DNA from: an uncultured bacterium | GTDB lineage: Bacteria > Krumholzibacteriota > Krumholzibacteriia > LZORAL124-64-63 | Direction: 5' to 3' | Length of the DNA: 64,000 nt | Assembly (NCBI GenBank): GCA_963732385.1 | Contig: CAVSZB010000008.1 | Span: 320,001-384,000, forward strand | Shown here: one piece after another, positions 38,959 to 47,351 of the stretch | Position numbering within the stretch: the first letter of the stretch is position 1 | How the letters are laid out: the number at the start of each line of letters is the position of its first letter | Notes under the pieces: model-generated | Databases searched by the model: none | What the model was told of the DNA's origin: nothing | The model's input: the letters and a program-made list of their open reading frames with translations, nothing else | Translations under genes and position numbers: made by a program

Positions 38959-41900
38959 CGTAATACCGCCACCTTCCGCAGCAGCCGCTCCTCGCGGCCG
39001 TCGCCGAACTTCACGCGCAGTTCCGCCACGTAGACGCCGCTCTGCACCGCCACGCCCCGGCCGTTGCGCCCGTCCCAGCAGTCGTCCTGGTGCAGGCCGG
39101 CGGCGCGGTCGGCGTCGGCCACCGGCGTCGCCACCGGCTCGCCGCGCGGCGTGAAGATGCGCAGGGTGACCCGGGCGGCCGACGGCAGGTCGTACACGAA
39201 GGTCGTCGCCTCGCGGCCGGCGGCGAACGGGTTGGGGAAGTTGGCGTAACTGTCGGCCAGACCGGCCGCGGCGAAGGTGCCGGCTTCGGTCCAGAACGGG
39301 AACTGCCGGCCCGCCGGCGCCTCCACGCGCACGGCGAGCAGCGCGCCGTCGGGCTGCAGCACCGCCACGTCGTCGCGATCGAGGCCGAGCCGGAGGCCGC
39401 CGGCCGGGGGCGGTGCGCGGAAGCGGGCGCGCAGCTCCAGCCCCAGCGTCGCGCCCGGCGCGATCTCGATCGGCTGCGGCGGGACCAGCAGGGCCAGCGC
39501 CGCGTCGGCCGCGACGGTGTCGGCGACGGCCCAGACTTCGTCGCCGGCCAGCGCGATCACCGCGCGCAGCGCCGCTCCGGCCGGCAGCGCCGCGAGATCG
39601 GGCGCGGCCGCGCGCAGCGCCACCGCTGTCACCACGATGCTGCCCGATCCGGCGGTGGCGGGGTTCGTCAGCGTCAGCCGGCCGACCGCGCACTCGGCGC
39701 CGTCGGTCGGCAGGACCGGAGGCAGCGCCGGGGCGAAGTCCGCCACGAGCAGGTCGGCGGGCGGCTGCAATACCGTCAGCCCGGACGAGAGCGGCAGTTC
39801 CGCTCCCGGCGCGGCTGCCAGCGCGACCGCGGCGCCGAGGTTGGCGTCGCGGGCGTCGAGCCCCTCCGCTTCGACCAGCAGTTCGAACGCTCCGGCCGGC
39901 GCCCCCGCTGCGAAGTCGACCACGACGTCGAGTCCCACCAGTTCGCCGGCGAAAAGCCGCAGTCCGCCCAGCGGCACGCTGACGGCGTCGCCCCGCGGGC
40001 TCTCCTGCGTCGCCAGCACAGCCCCATCGCGTCGCACGACGACCCGGTCCAGGTAGCGGGCGGGGTCGAGGCGCGCGCGGGTCTGATCGCGGCAGACCAG
40101 GCGCACGGTGTCGCAGACGATGGCTGCGGTGCCGATCGCGCCCGGGTGGCGCAGGGCGAGCGCCAGCGCCGTCACGCCGCGGGCCCCGACGGTCAGAGCG
40201 GACGGCAGGCGGGGCGAGCCGGCGGCCTGCAGTTGCGTGGCCGCCGCCTCCACCCGCAGGATCGGGCCGGCGAGCGGGTCGGTGGCGAAGGTCACCGCAA
40301 CGGCGGCGCCGGTCCCCTCGTCGCGCGCCCGGCAGCGGGCGGGGGAGGCGAGACGCAGGCTCAGCGCGCCGACCGGCGCGGCGGCGGCCAGGTCGGCCGT
40401 CACGATCAGGTCGACCGGCGCCTCGGCCGGCACCGCCAGGTTGGGCACGATGACGAGCGACAGCACGGTGTCGGCGCCCGGCGCGACCGGCCGGACGGCG
40501 AGCGCGATCCCGTCGCGGCGCAGGGCGAGAGCGCTCAGCCAGGCGCCCGGATCGGGCACCGCGGCGCCCAGCGTGTCGCAGAGGGTGAAGGCGAGCGTGT
40601 CGACGAGGACGTCGCTCGTAAGATCGGGCAGGCCCGGGTTCGCCAGCCGCAGCGCCAGCAGCGCCACGCCGGTCTGCCCGGGGCCGGCCAGCGGCTCGGG
40701 CAGCGGCAGCGCGGCGAGTTCCAGGCCGCTCGCGTCGGCGGTCACCTCGCCCAGGCCCGACAGGACCGGGTAGCTTCCCTCCGCCAGCACGATCGCCACG
40801 GCGGCGCCAGCGACGTCGTCGAAGGCGGTCAGGCCGCCGGTGTCGGTCAGCGCGAGGCGGAACCGGGGCACGGTGGTCGTGGCGGCGATGTCGAGCCGGA
40901 TGCCGAGCGTGACCGGCTCGTTCACGGTGATCAGCACCGGACTCGTCAACGCCAGATCCAGCGCGGCGCCGGAGTCGGCGAGCCGGGTCAGGTCGATGTA
41001 GGTATGCGTCCCCTCGTTCACGACCACTCGCGACAGCAGTGCGGCCGGCACGATGCCGGCGCCCGATTCGTCTTCGAGCCGCAGGCGCAGGCGGTCGAGT
41101 CGGACCGCCGCGCCATCGACCATGCCCGGGTTGATGAGCGTCAGGCTGAGCGGCACGACGCCGGTCTGCCCGCGGCTCACCTTGAACGGGCGGTTGGGCA
41201 CCGGGAAGAGCTCCAGGTCGTCGGCCGGCTGGAACACGCGGTGCGGGTTGGTCGTGGCGGTGAGGGAGCGGCGCGGCAGGCCGTCGCCGGCGCTCGTGCC
41301 CTGGGCCAGGGCCGAGAGGGTCAGCGTCCCGACCGCCGTGGCCCGACAGGTCCAGGCCAGCGTGTCGACGTCGCCCGACGCGAGATCGCGCGGGACGGGC
41401 AGGCTCCCCTCGAGCGTGAGCTGGCCGGCGCCGTCGATCGCCAGGCCGGTGACCGCGATGCCGGTCACGGTCTCGGCGCCGACGTTGCGCACGATCAGGC
41501 GCGCGGCGACGAGCTGGCCAAGCGTGCTGGCCGGAGCGCCTACCTCGAGCGTGGCGAGCAGGGGGGCCGTGCTGAGCAGGAGCTGCGACGGCGCCGCGAC
41601 CGCGGCGTCACGGGGTCCGTCGTTGCCCGAGCTGACGGTCACGCCGTCGCGCGGCACCGCCAGCCGCACCGTGGCGGAATCGGTCGGCGCGGACGACGCG
41701 GTCACGACCGCGAACAGCCGCAGGCCGCCGGCGGGAATCGGCTCGGTGAGCAGCGGGCTGCGCCAGGCGCCGTCGAGGAAGATCAGCGGCGTCAGTTCGA
41801 CGTCGTCGCCGCCGAAGCGTCCGTCGCCGCCATCGCGCAGGAGCCGGACCCCGGCCAGGTCGGTCGGCGTTGCGGTGCCGCGATTCTCGAGCGTCAGGCC

Positions 41901-44900
41901 CAGCAGTCCGTCGGGTGCATAGCCGTTGGCCGGCACGGTCAGGTCGAGCGCGACGAACGGCCCGTCGTCCGGTCCGAGCGTCAGCGCCGGCGCGGGCCCG
42001 GTCGCCAGCTGCGCCGCCACCATGCCGTCGACGACGGCCCGGCCTCCGATGTCGAGCGGCCAGGCGGCCGCCACCTCCACCGCCGGCGTCACTGCGACCG
42101 CGTCCGGACCGGTCACCACGATCCCGAGGGCGTCGCCGTCGGCGGCCGTCAGGCTGATGTCCGCGGTCACGAACAGGGTGACGCTTTCCCCCGCCGGAAC
42201 GTCCACCTCCAGGTCGGCGAACGACGCCGAGCCGTCGCTGAACCAGGTCTCTCCGGCCGGCGGGTCGGTGGCGGGATCGTCGAGCGCGCCGTCCCGGTCG
42301 CCGTCGAAGCGCAGCTGCAGGCGGGGGAGGGAGGCGTCGAACTGCGCGGCGGTGCCGCCGTTGGGGCCGGCGCTGGCGTTGGCCAGGGCCAGGCGGGTCA
42401 GTCGGTGCGTCACCGTGTCGGGGTTGACCACCGCGAACCGCAGCAGAGGCGCGTCCGCCGCGCCGGGCGGGACCGTCGTGTCTGCGAGCGGTTCCGCGAC
42501 CAGCAGGATGCGGTCGGTGCGCGTGAGGACGAGCGCGTCGGTGGCCGCCACGTTCCGGTCGAGCGGACCGTCGTTCGCGCTCTCCATGCCGATCCCCGAT
42601 TCGGGCGGGCCGGGGATCGCGAAGCGGACGGTGCGTCCCTCCGTGGCGTCCGGCGCGACATCGGCCGTCACGAACAGGCGCGTTCCGCCCGGCGGCACGT
42701 CGAGCGCCAGTGCGGTCAGCTCCCAGCGCTCTCCGGTGAAGGCGAACACGCCGAGCCGGGTGTCGGTCGCCGCAAGGAACCGGCCGTCGCCGTCATCGAC
42801 CCAGGCCTCGACGCGGCTCAGGTCGGTCGGCAGGGCGCTGCCGAGGTTCACCACGTCGAGGCGCCGCAGCCGGTCCGGCGCGTAGCCGTTGGCCGGGAGG
42901 GTGACGTCGAGCACCGGCGCGCGCGTCGCGCCCAGCGGCAGTGTCGCCGCGGTCGGCGGGTGGATGGCGATCTGCGCGGCGACGCAGCCATCGACGACCA
43001 GCGGCGCGGCGGTGAGCGGCCAGGCGCCGCTGGTGGCGATCGTCGGTGTGAACTGCAGGTCGGCGGACGCCGCCAGGCCGGCGGCGAGCCGGTCGCCGTC
43101 GCGCGTGGCCAGCGCCACCGTGCCGGCGATCACCAGGCGCAGCGTGTCGCCCGGCGCCAGCGCGAGCGCCAGATCTGCGAACCGGGCGCGACCGGCGCTG
43201 AACGACGCGCTGACCGGCAGGCCGGTGGCGCGTGCGAGGACCGGCGTCAGGATGCCGTCCGTCTCCACGGCGAGCCGCAACTCCCGCCACGCGCCGTCGA
43301 GCTCAGTCGTGGTGCCCGGCCCCTCGCCGAGGTTGACCACGGCGAGCGCGGTCAGTGTCTCGGGCAGCGCCGCGGCGTTGCGCAGCGTCAGGGTGAGCAG
43401 GTCGGCGACGGCCTCGTCCGCGTGCGCGATCCGCCCCGCGCGCGCCGCCGCGGTCGCCTGCACCGCGCCGGCGGCCACGGTGACGGCCGCCGCCGCGCTC
43501 TCCTGGCCCGGCGACGGATCCGGCTCGGTCACCGCGGTCACGCCGGCGGCGCTGGCAAGGGTCAGGCCGGCCGTGCCGGCGGCGACCCGCGTCGTCAGCG
43601 TGAGCGAATCGGTTGCGCCCGGCGCCAGCACCGGCAGGTTCCAGATGCCGGTCAGCGGCTGCCAGGCGCCCGCGCTCGCGAGCGCGTCGACCGGCGTCAG
43701 CCCGGCCGCCAGCGTGTCGGTGACGGTCACCGCGTGCGCCGTGTCGGGGCCGGCGTTGTGCAGCCGCACGACGAAGGGGCAGAGACCGCCGGCCAGCGGG
43801 ACCGGCTCCACCGCGCGCTGGCTCAGGCGCAGGTCCGCCCCAGGCACGCGCACCCGCACGCTGTCGGCGTTGTCGCCGGGTCGGGGGTCGGAAAGGGTGT
43901 TGACGGTGGCCGCCGTCGGCCAGACGGTCGCGTCCGCCGCGTCCGGGGCGACAGTCGTCGTGAACAACAGCGTGTCGGCGGTCCCGGGCGCCAGCCACGC
44001 CAGCGACCAGCTCTGCGTCGCCGCGGACCAGGTGCCGGCCGTGGCCGTGGCGGCTCCGGGCACGAGCGCGTCGGGGATCCCCAGCGCGACGGTGATCGAT
44101 CGCGCCGTGTCCGGTCCCGCGTTCGTGAGCACGGATCTCAGGGTCACCGCTGCGCCCGGGAGGGCCGTGGTGGGCGTGGCGGTCAGCGCGACCGCCAGGT
44201 CGGCGTTGGCGACGGCAAGCGTGGCGGTCGCCGCGTCATTGCCGGGGGCGGGGTCGGCCTCGACCGCGGCGACGATGTCGGCGCGCTGGAGCAGGACTTC
44301 GCCGACCGTCCCGGCAGCGACCGTCAGACGCAGCCTCAGCGTTTCGGCGGCCGCCGGCGCGAGCGTCGTCAGGGACCAGACGGCGGCGGCGGGGAGGTAG
44401 ACGCCCGCGCCGTCCGCGAATTCCAGCAGCGACAGACCGACCAGGGGAGCTACGGCGATCGTGACGGCGTGCGCGGAGTCGGGCCCGGCGTTGGCGAGGT
44501 GGAGCGCCAGCACGACCGTGTCGCCCTCGGCGGCCTGCGGCCGGTCGAAGGCGGCCGCGAGGGCGAGGTCCGCGGCGGCGCCGACCACCAGGTGCCGCGT
44601 GGCGCTGTTGTCGGAGAGGTCGGTGTCTGTCTGGTCGAGGGCCACGATCGCGGCGGTGGCGGTCAGCGTGTCGTGACCGGTGGCGATCCACGCGCCCCGG
44701 CGCAGCAGGGCGGTCGCGCCGGCCGGCAGCGCCCCGACCGTCCAGATCCCGGAGTCGTCGTCGAAAGCACCGACGGTCGGGGCCGCGGTCCCGACGGTCA
44801 GGCCGGCCGGCAGGGCGAACGCGATCGCCAATCCGCCGGCGTCGCTGGGGCCGTCGTTGCGCGCCGTGACGGTGAAGGTGACGCTGTCCCCGTAGACGGC

Positions 44901-46988
44901 GGCGGGCGGCGACACTTCGAGGCCGAGCGCCAGGTCGGCGCCGGTGACGATCAGGGCGGCGGCGGCCCGATCGTTGCCGGGGTACGGGTCGGGCAGGTCG
45001 CGCGCCATGATGGCGGCGCGGTTGATGAGCGTCGTGCCGGCCGTGCCGGCCAGGACGGTTGCCGTCACCTGCAGCGTCTCGGCCGCGCCCGCCGCGAGCG
45101 CGCCGACGTCCCACCGCCCCGTTTCCGGGTCCCACGGCGTGCCGCCGCTCGCCTCCCACACCGACAACTCGAGTCCGGCGGGCAGCGTGTCGGCCAGCGC
45201 GAGCCCGTCGACCGGCAGCATTCCCGTGTTCGCCACCCGCACGGTGAAGCGGACGCTGTCGCCCGGATCGGCCTGCGCCGGCTCGACCCACTTGCCGACC
45301 TCGAGATCGGTGCCGTTGACGGCCACCGTCGCCACGGCCCGGTCGTTCGTCGAGTCGGGATCGGCCGGCGAGGAGCCGACGCAAACGGCGTTGTTCACGA
45401 TCACCGAGCCGGCCGTGCCGGGGCCGACGACGGCCCGCACGTTCAGCCACGCCTCCGCGCCCGCCGGCAGCGCGCCGCACAGCCACGCGCCGGTGGCCGG
45501 CGTGTAGCCGCCCTGGCTCGCGGTCGCCGTCACGAAGGAGAGGCCGGCCGGCAGCAGGTCCGCGATTTCGCAGTCGTCCGCGGTGGAAGGGCCGCCGTTG
45601 AGCACCCGCACCGTGAACGTCACCGTGTCCGCTTCGGACGGCGAGGGGCTGTCCACCGTCTTGGACACGCTCAGATCGGCCCCCGCCACGGCCACGTCGG
45701 CGGCGGCGGTGTCGTTGGCCGCGTTGCCGTCGGGCTGCTCGAGCGCCAGCAGACGGGCCACGTTGTGCAGCGTGTCGCCGGCCGCCGCCACGAGCGGCGT
45801 GACCGCGAGGTTCAGCAGCGCCGAGCCCCAACTCGCCAGGCTGCCCACGTTCCACTGCCCGGAGAGCGGATCGAAGCTCCCCTGGGACGCCACCACGCCC
45901 GTCAGTTCCAGGCCGGGCGGAAGCAGGTCGCTCACGATGACGCCGGTTGCGGGCGCGGTGCCGAGGTTTTCCGCCTGCACCATGTAGGTCAGCCCGACCC
46001 CGGCCACCGCCTGAGTGACGCTGGCTGTCTTGCGGACGGCGATATCGACGCCGGTGTCGGGGGCGAGGGCGACGTAGTAGTAGTAGTCGAACGTATGGTT
46101 GACCTCGTCGCGGGGGCCCACCGTGAAGCCGTCCGGAAGCAACGCCACGATGCCCCCGGCGACCGGAGCGCCCGGCGGGACCGGAATAGAGAGCGGATCA
46201 TTCGTCAGGCTGGCCCAGCGCTGCAGCGGCGCCCAGCCGCTCCAGCCCTTCACCATGACCCACACCGGCGGGCACGGGAGGCCCCCGATCGTCTGCGAGG
46301 CGCCGCCGTTGCCCCAGTAGCCGCCCTGGGCCAGGTTGGGCGAGGCGGCGTTCCAGGCGATCCAGTGATAGGTTTCGCCGGCGGCGTTGACGTCCTCGTC
46401 GCTGCCGACCTGGAAGCCGTTGGCAAGCAGGTTCTCGATCCGGTCGCCTGCGGTCCCTGAGTCGTTGAAGGGGAGGCTGGCGTTGCCGGTCAGGTAGGCC
46501 ATCCGCTGCCAGGCGCGATGCGCCGCCGCCGGCAGGATCACCACGTAGCCGGGCGTGAAGCCGAGGCCGGTGATCTCCCGGTTGTCGTGCCCGTCGCCGG
46601 AGTAGGAGCCTGCGGCCACGTTGCCCGGCTCCGCCTGCACGGCGAGCCACTCGTACCGCACCCCGGCGGCGTTGACGTCGGGGGCATTGCCGACGTCGAA
46701 GCCGTCCTCCGCGAAGCTCCGGATCAGATTGGCCTGAAGGGCGACCGCGTCGCCCAGATTCTTCGCGGTGTTGACCTGCATCGTGGCGGTCCGGGCGACC
46801 GTGGGGTAGAGCGGTTCGTGCGAGCGGACCAGCACGAAGGACGGCTGGAACCCGACGCCCGACACGGTGAGGCTGCCCCCGCCGTTGCCCACGTACGACC
46901 CGGTGGCCGTCTGGGCAGGCGCGAGCGCCGCCGACAGCAACAGCAGACAGGCGAAGCCCGCCGCCGCGCACCGCCTCCAGGGCGTCAT
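38955..46988 (-). CDS. Giant exported surface protein: 3 N-terminal repeats, 7 DUF11 repeats, further Ig-like modules, C-terminal FlgD-Ig/T9SS-like domain
   Basis: Signal peptide MTPWRRCAAAGFACLLLLSAALAPA; seven DL.....V.N.GP...W..G.L...ND.A units; C-terminus NFPNPF...LRIFT...WDGRNGRGVAVQSGVY. ORF is open to 47039. Confidence 0.88.
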   Translation of the reverse strand: MTPWRRCAAAGFACLLLLSAALAPAQTATGSYVGNGGGSLTVSGVGFQPSFVLVRSHEPLYPTVARTATMQVNTAKNLGDAVALQANLIRSFAEDGFDVGNAPDVNAAGVRYEWLAVQAEPGNVAAGSYSGDGHDNREITGLGFTPGYVVILPAAAHRAWQRMAYLTGNASLPFNDSGTAGDRIENLLANGFQVGSDEDVNAAGETYHWIAWNAASPNLAQGGYWGNGGASQTIGGLPCPPVWVMVKGWSGWAPLQRWASLTNDPLSIPVPPGAPVAGGIVALLPDGFTVGPRDEVNHTFDYYYYVALAPDTGVDIAVRKTASVTQAVAGVGLTYMVQAENLGTAPATGVIVSDLLPPGLELTGVVASQGSFDPLSGQWNVGSLASWGSALLNLAVTPLVAAAGDTLHNVARLLALEQPDGNAANDTAAADVAVAGADLSVSKTVDSPSPSEADTVTFTVRVLNGGPSTADDCEIADLLPAGLSFVTATASQGGYTPATGAWLCGALPAGAEAWLNVRAVVGPGTAGSVIVNNAVCVGSSPADPDSTNDRAVATVAVNGTDLEVGKWVEPAQADPGDSVRFTVRVANTGMLPVDGLALADTLPAGLELSVWEASGGTPWDPETGRWDVGALAAGAAETLQVTATVLAGTAGTTLINRAAIMARDLPDPYPGNDRAAAALIVTGADLALGLEVSPPAAVYGDSVTFTVTARNDGPSDAGGLAIAFALPAGLTVGTAAPTVGAFDDDSGIWTVGALPAGATALLRRGAWIATGHDTLTATAAIVALDQTDTDLSDNSATRHLVVGAAADLALAAAFDRPQAAEGDTVVLALHLANAGPDSAHAVTIAVAPLVGLSLLEFADGAGVYLPAAAVWSLTTLAPAAAETLRLRLTVAAGTVGEVLLQRADIVAAVEADPAPGNDAATATLAVANADLAVALTATPTTALPGAAVTLRSVLTNAGPDTARSITVALGIPDALVPGAATATAGTWSAATQSWSLAWLAPGTADTLLFTTTVAPDAADATVWPTAATVNTLSDPRPGDNADSVRVRVPGADLRLSQRAVEPVPLAGGLCPFVVRLHNAGPDTAHAVTVTDTLAAGLTPVDALASAGAWQPLTGIWNLPVLAPGATDSLTLTTRVAAGTAGLTLASAAGVTAVTEPDPSPGQESAAAAVTVAAGAVQATAAARAGRIAHADEAVADLLTLTLRNAAALPETLTALAVVNLGEGPGTTTELDGAWRELRLAVETDGILTPVLARATGLPVSASFSAGRARFADLALALAPGDTLRLVIAGTVALATRDGDRLAAGLAASADLQFTPTIATSGAWPLTAAPLVVDGCVAAQIAIHPPTAATLPLGATRAPVLDVTLPANGYAPDRLRRLDVVNLGSALPTDLSRVEAWVDDGDGRFLAATDTRLGVFAFTGERWELTALALDVPPGGTRLFVTADVAPDATEGRTVRFAIPGPPESGIGMESANDGPLDRNVAATDALVLTRTDRILLVAEPLADTTVPPGAADAPLLRFAVVNPDTVTHRLTRLALANASAGPNGGTAAQFDASLPRLQLRFDGDRDGALDDPATDPPAGETWFSDGSASFADLEVDVPAGESVTLFVTADISLTAADGDALGIVVTGPDAVAVTPAVEVAAAWPLDIGGRAVVDGMVAAQLATGPAPALTLGPDDGPFVALDLTVPANGYAPDGLLGLTLENRGTATPTDLAGVRLLRDGGDGRFGGDDVELTPLIFLDGAWRSPLLTEPIPAGGLRLFAVVTASSAPTDSATVRLAVPRDGVTVSSGNDGPRDAAVAAPSQLLLSTAPLLATLEVGAPASTLGQLVAARLIVRNVGAETVTGIAVTGLAIDGAGQLTLEGSLPVPRDLASGDVDTLAWTCRATAVGTLTLSALAQGTSAGDGLPRRSLTATTNPHRVFQPADDLELFPVPNRPFKVSRGQTGVVPLSLTLINPGMVDGAAVRLDRLRLRLEDESGAGIVPAALLSRVVVNEGTHTYIDLTRLADSGAALDLALTSPVLITVNEPVTLGIRLDIAATTTVPRFRLALTDTGGLTAFDDVAGAAVAIVLAEGSYPVLSGLGEVTADASGLELAALPLPEPLAGPGQTGVALLALRLANPGLPDLTSDVLVDTLAFTLCDTLGAAVPDPGAWLSALALRRDGIALAVRPVAPGADTVLSLVIVPNLAVPAEAPVDLIVTADLAAAAPVGALSLRLASPARCRARDEGTGAAVAVTFATDPLAGPILRVEAAATQLQAAGSPRLPSALTVGARGVTALALALRHPGAIGTAAIVCDTVRLVCRDQTRARLDPARYLDRVVVRRDGAVLATQESPRGDAVSVPLGGLRLFAGELVGLDVVVDFAAGAPAGAFELLVEAEGLDARDANLGAAVALAAAPGAELPLSSGLTVLQPPADLLVADFAPALPPVLPTDGAECAVGRLTLTNPATAGSGSIVVTAVALRAAAPDLAALPAGAALRAVIALAGDEVWAVADTVAADAALALLVPPQPIEIAPGATLGLELRARFRAPPPAGGLRLGLDRDDVAVLQPDGALLAVRVEAPAGRQFPFWTEAGTFAAAGLADSYANFPNPFAAGREATTFVYDLPSAARVTLRIFTPRGEPVATPVADADRAAGLHQDDCWDGRNGRGVAVQSGVYVAELRVKFGDGREERLLRKVAVLR

Positions 46989-47065
46989 GGTCGTGCGCCG
47001 ATCAAGAATGATTCCCCCGCTGGCCACTGCCTGGGCCATTGCCGTTGCCGGACCCGGGACCGGGA

Positions 47066-47106
47066 TGCCGATCGTTTCTGATCGGCAGCCTGCGCGGGTG
47101 GGTTGA
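47066..47106 (-). promoter_or_regulatory. Inverted repeat overlapping a possible sigma28-type promoter for the giant-protein operon
   Basis: TGCCGATC-N6-GATCGGCA (47066-47087); minus strand TCAA-N16-GCCGATCA (47106-47079). Confidence 0.35.
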
Positions 47107-47351
47107 GACTGGAATGCGAAGCCAGGAAGCCGTTTCCGGCCCCCGCCGGCCGACAGGCCCGCGCCCTGATTCCCTCACGAGCGCGCATTTTCGGCGGCGT
47201 CCGGTCGCAAGAATCCGGCTGCATCCCGGCGCAATCGTATCTATCATGTCAGGAAGCGCCCGGGGGGGGCGGCGCGGTTCGCCGGACTCCTTAAATGCCG
47301 GGGATCGTCATCGCCGGGACTGTGTCACTGCCCAGAATCCGGAGTTTCGCC

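Noticed and set aside
34895..39693. Long N-terminal extensions in track ORFs 34895..38086 and 37009..39693
   Set aside because: The extensions overlap upstream genes in other frames and are low-complexity; starts at 36973/36991 and 38958 fit the TM and signal-peptide positions.
39090..46460. 2456-aa plus-strand ORF
   Set aside because: Antisense shadow of the giant DUF11 gene; Arg/Gly-rich with no motifs, as expected from high-GC codon bias.
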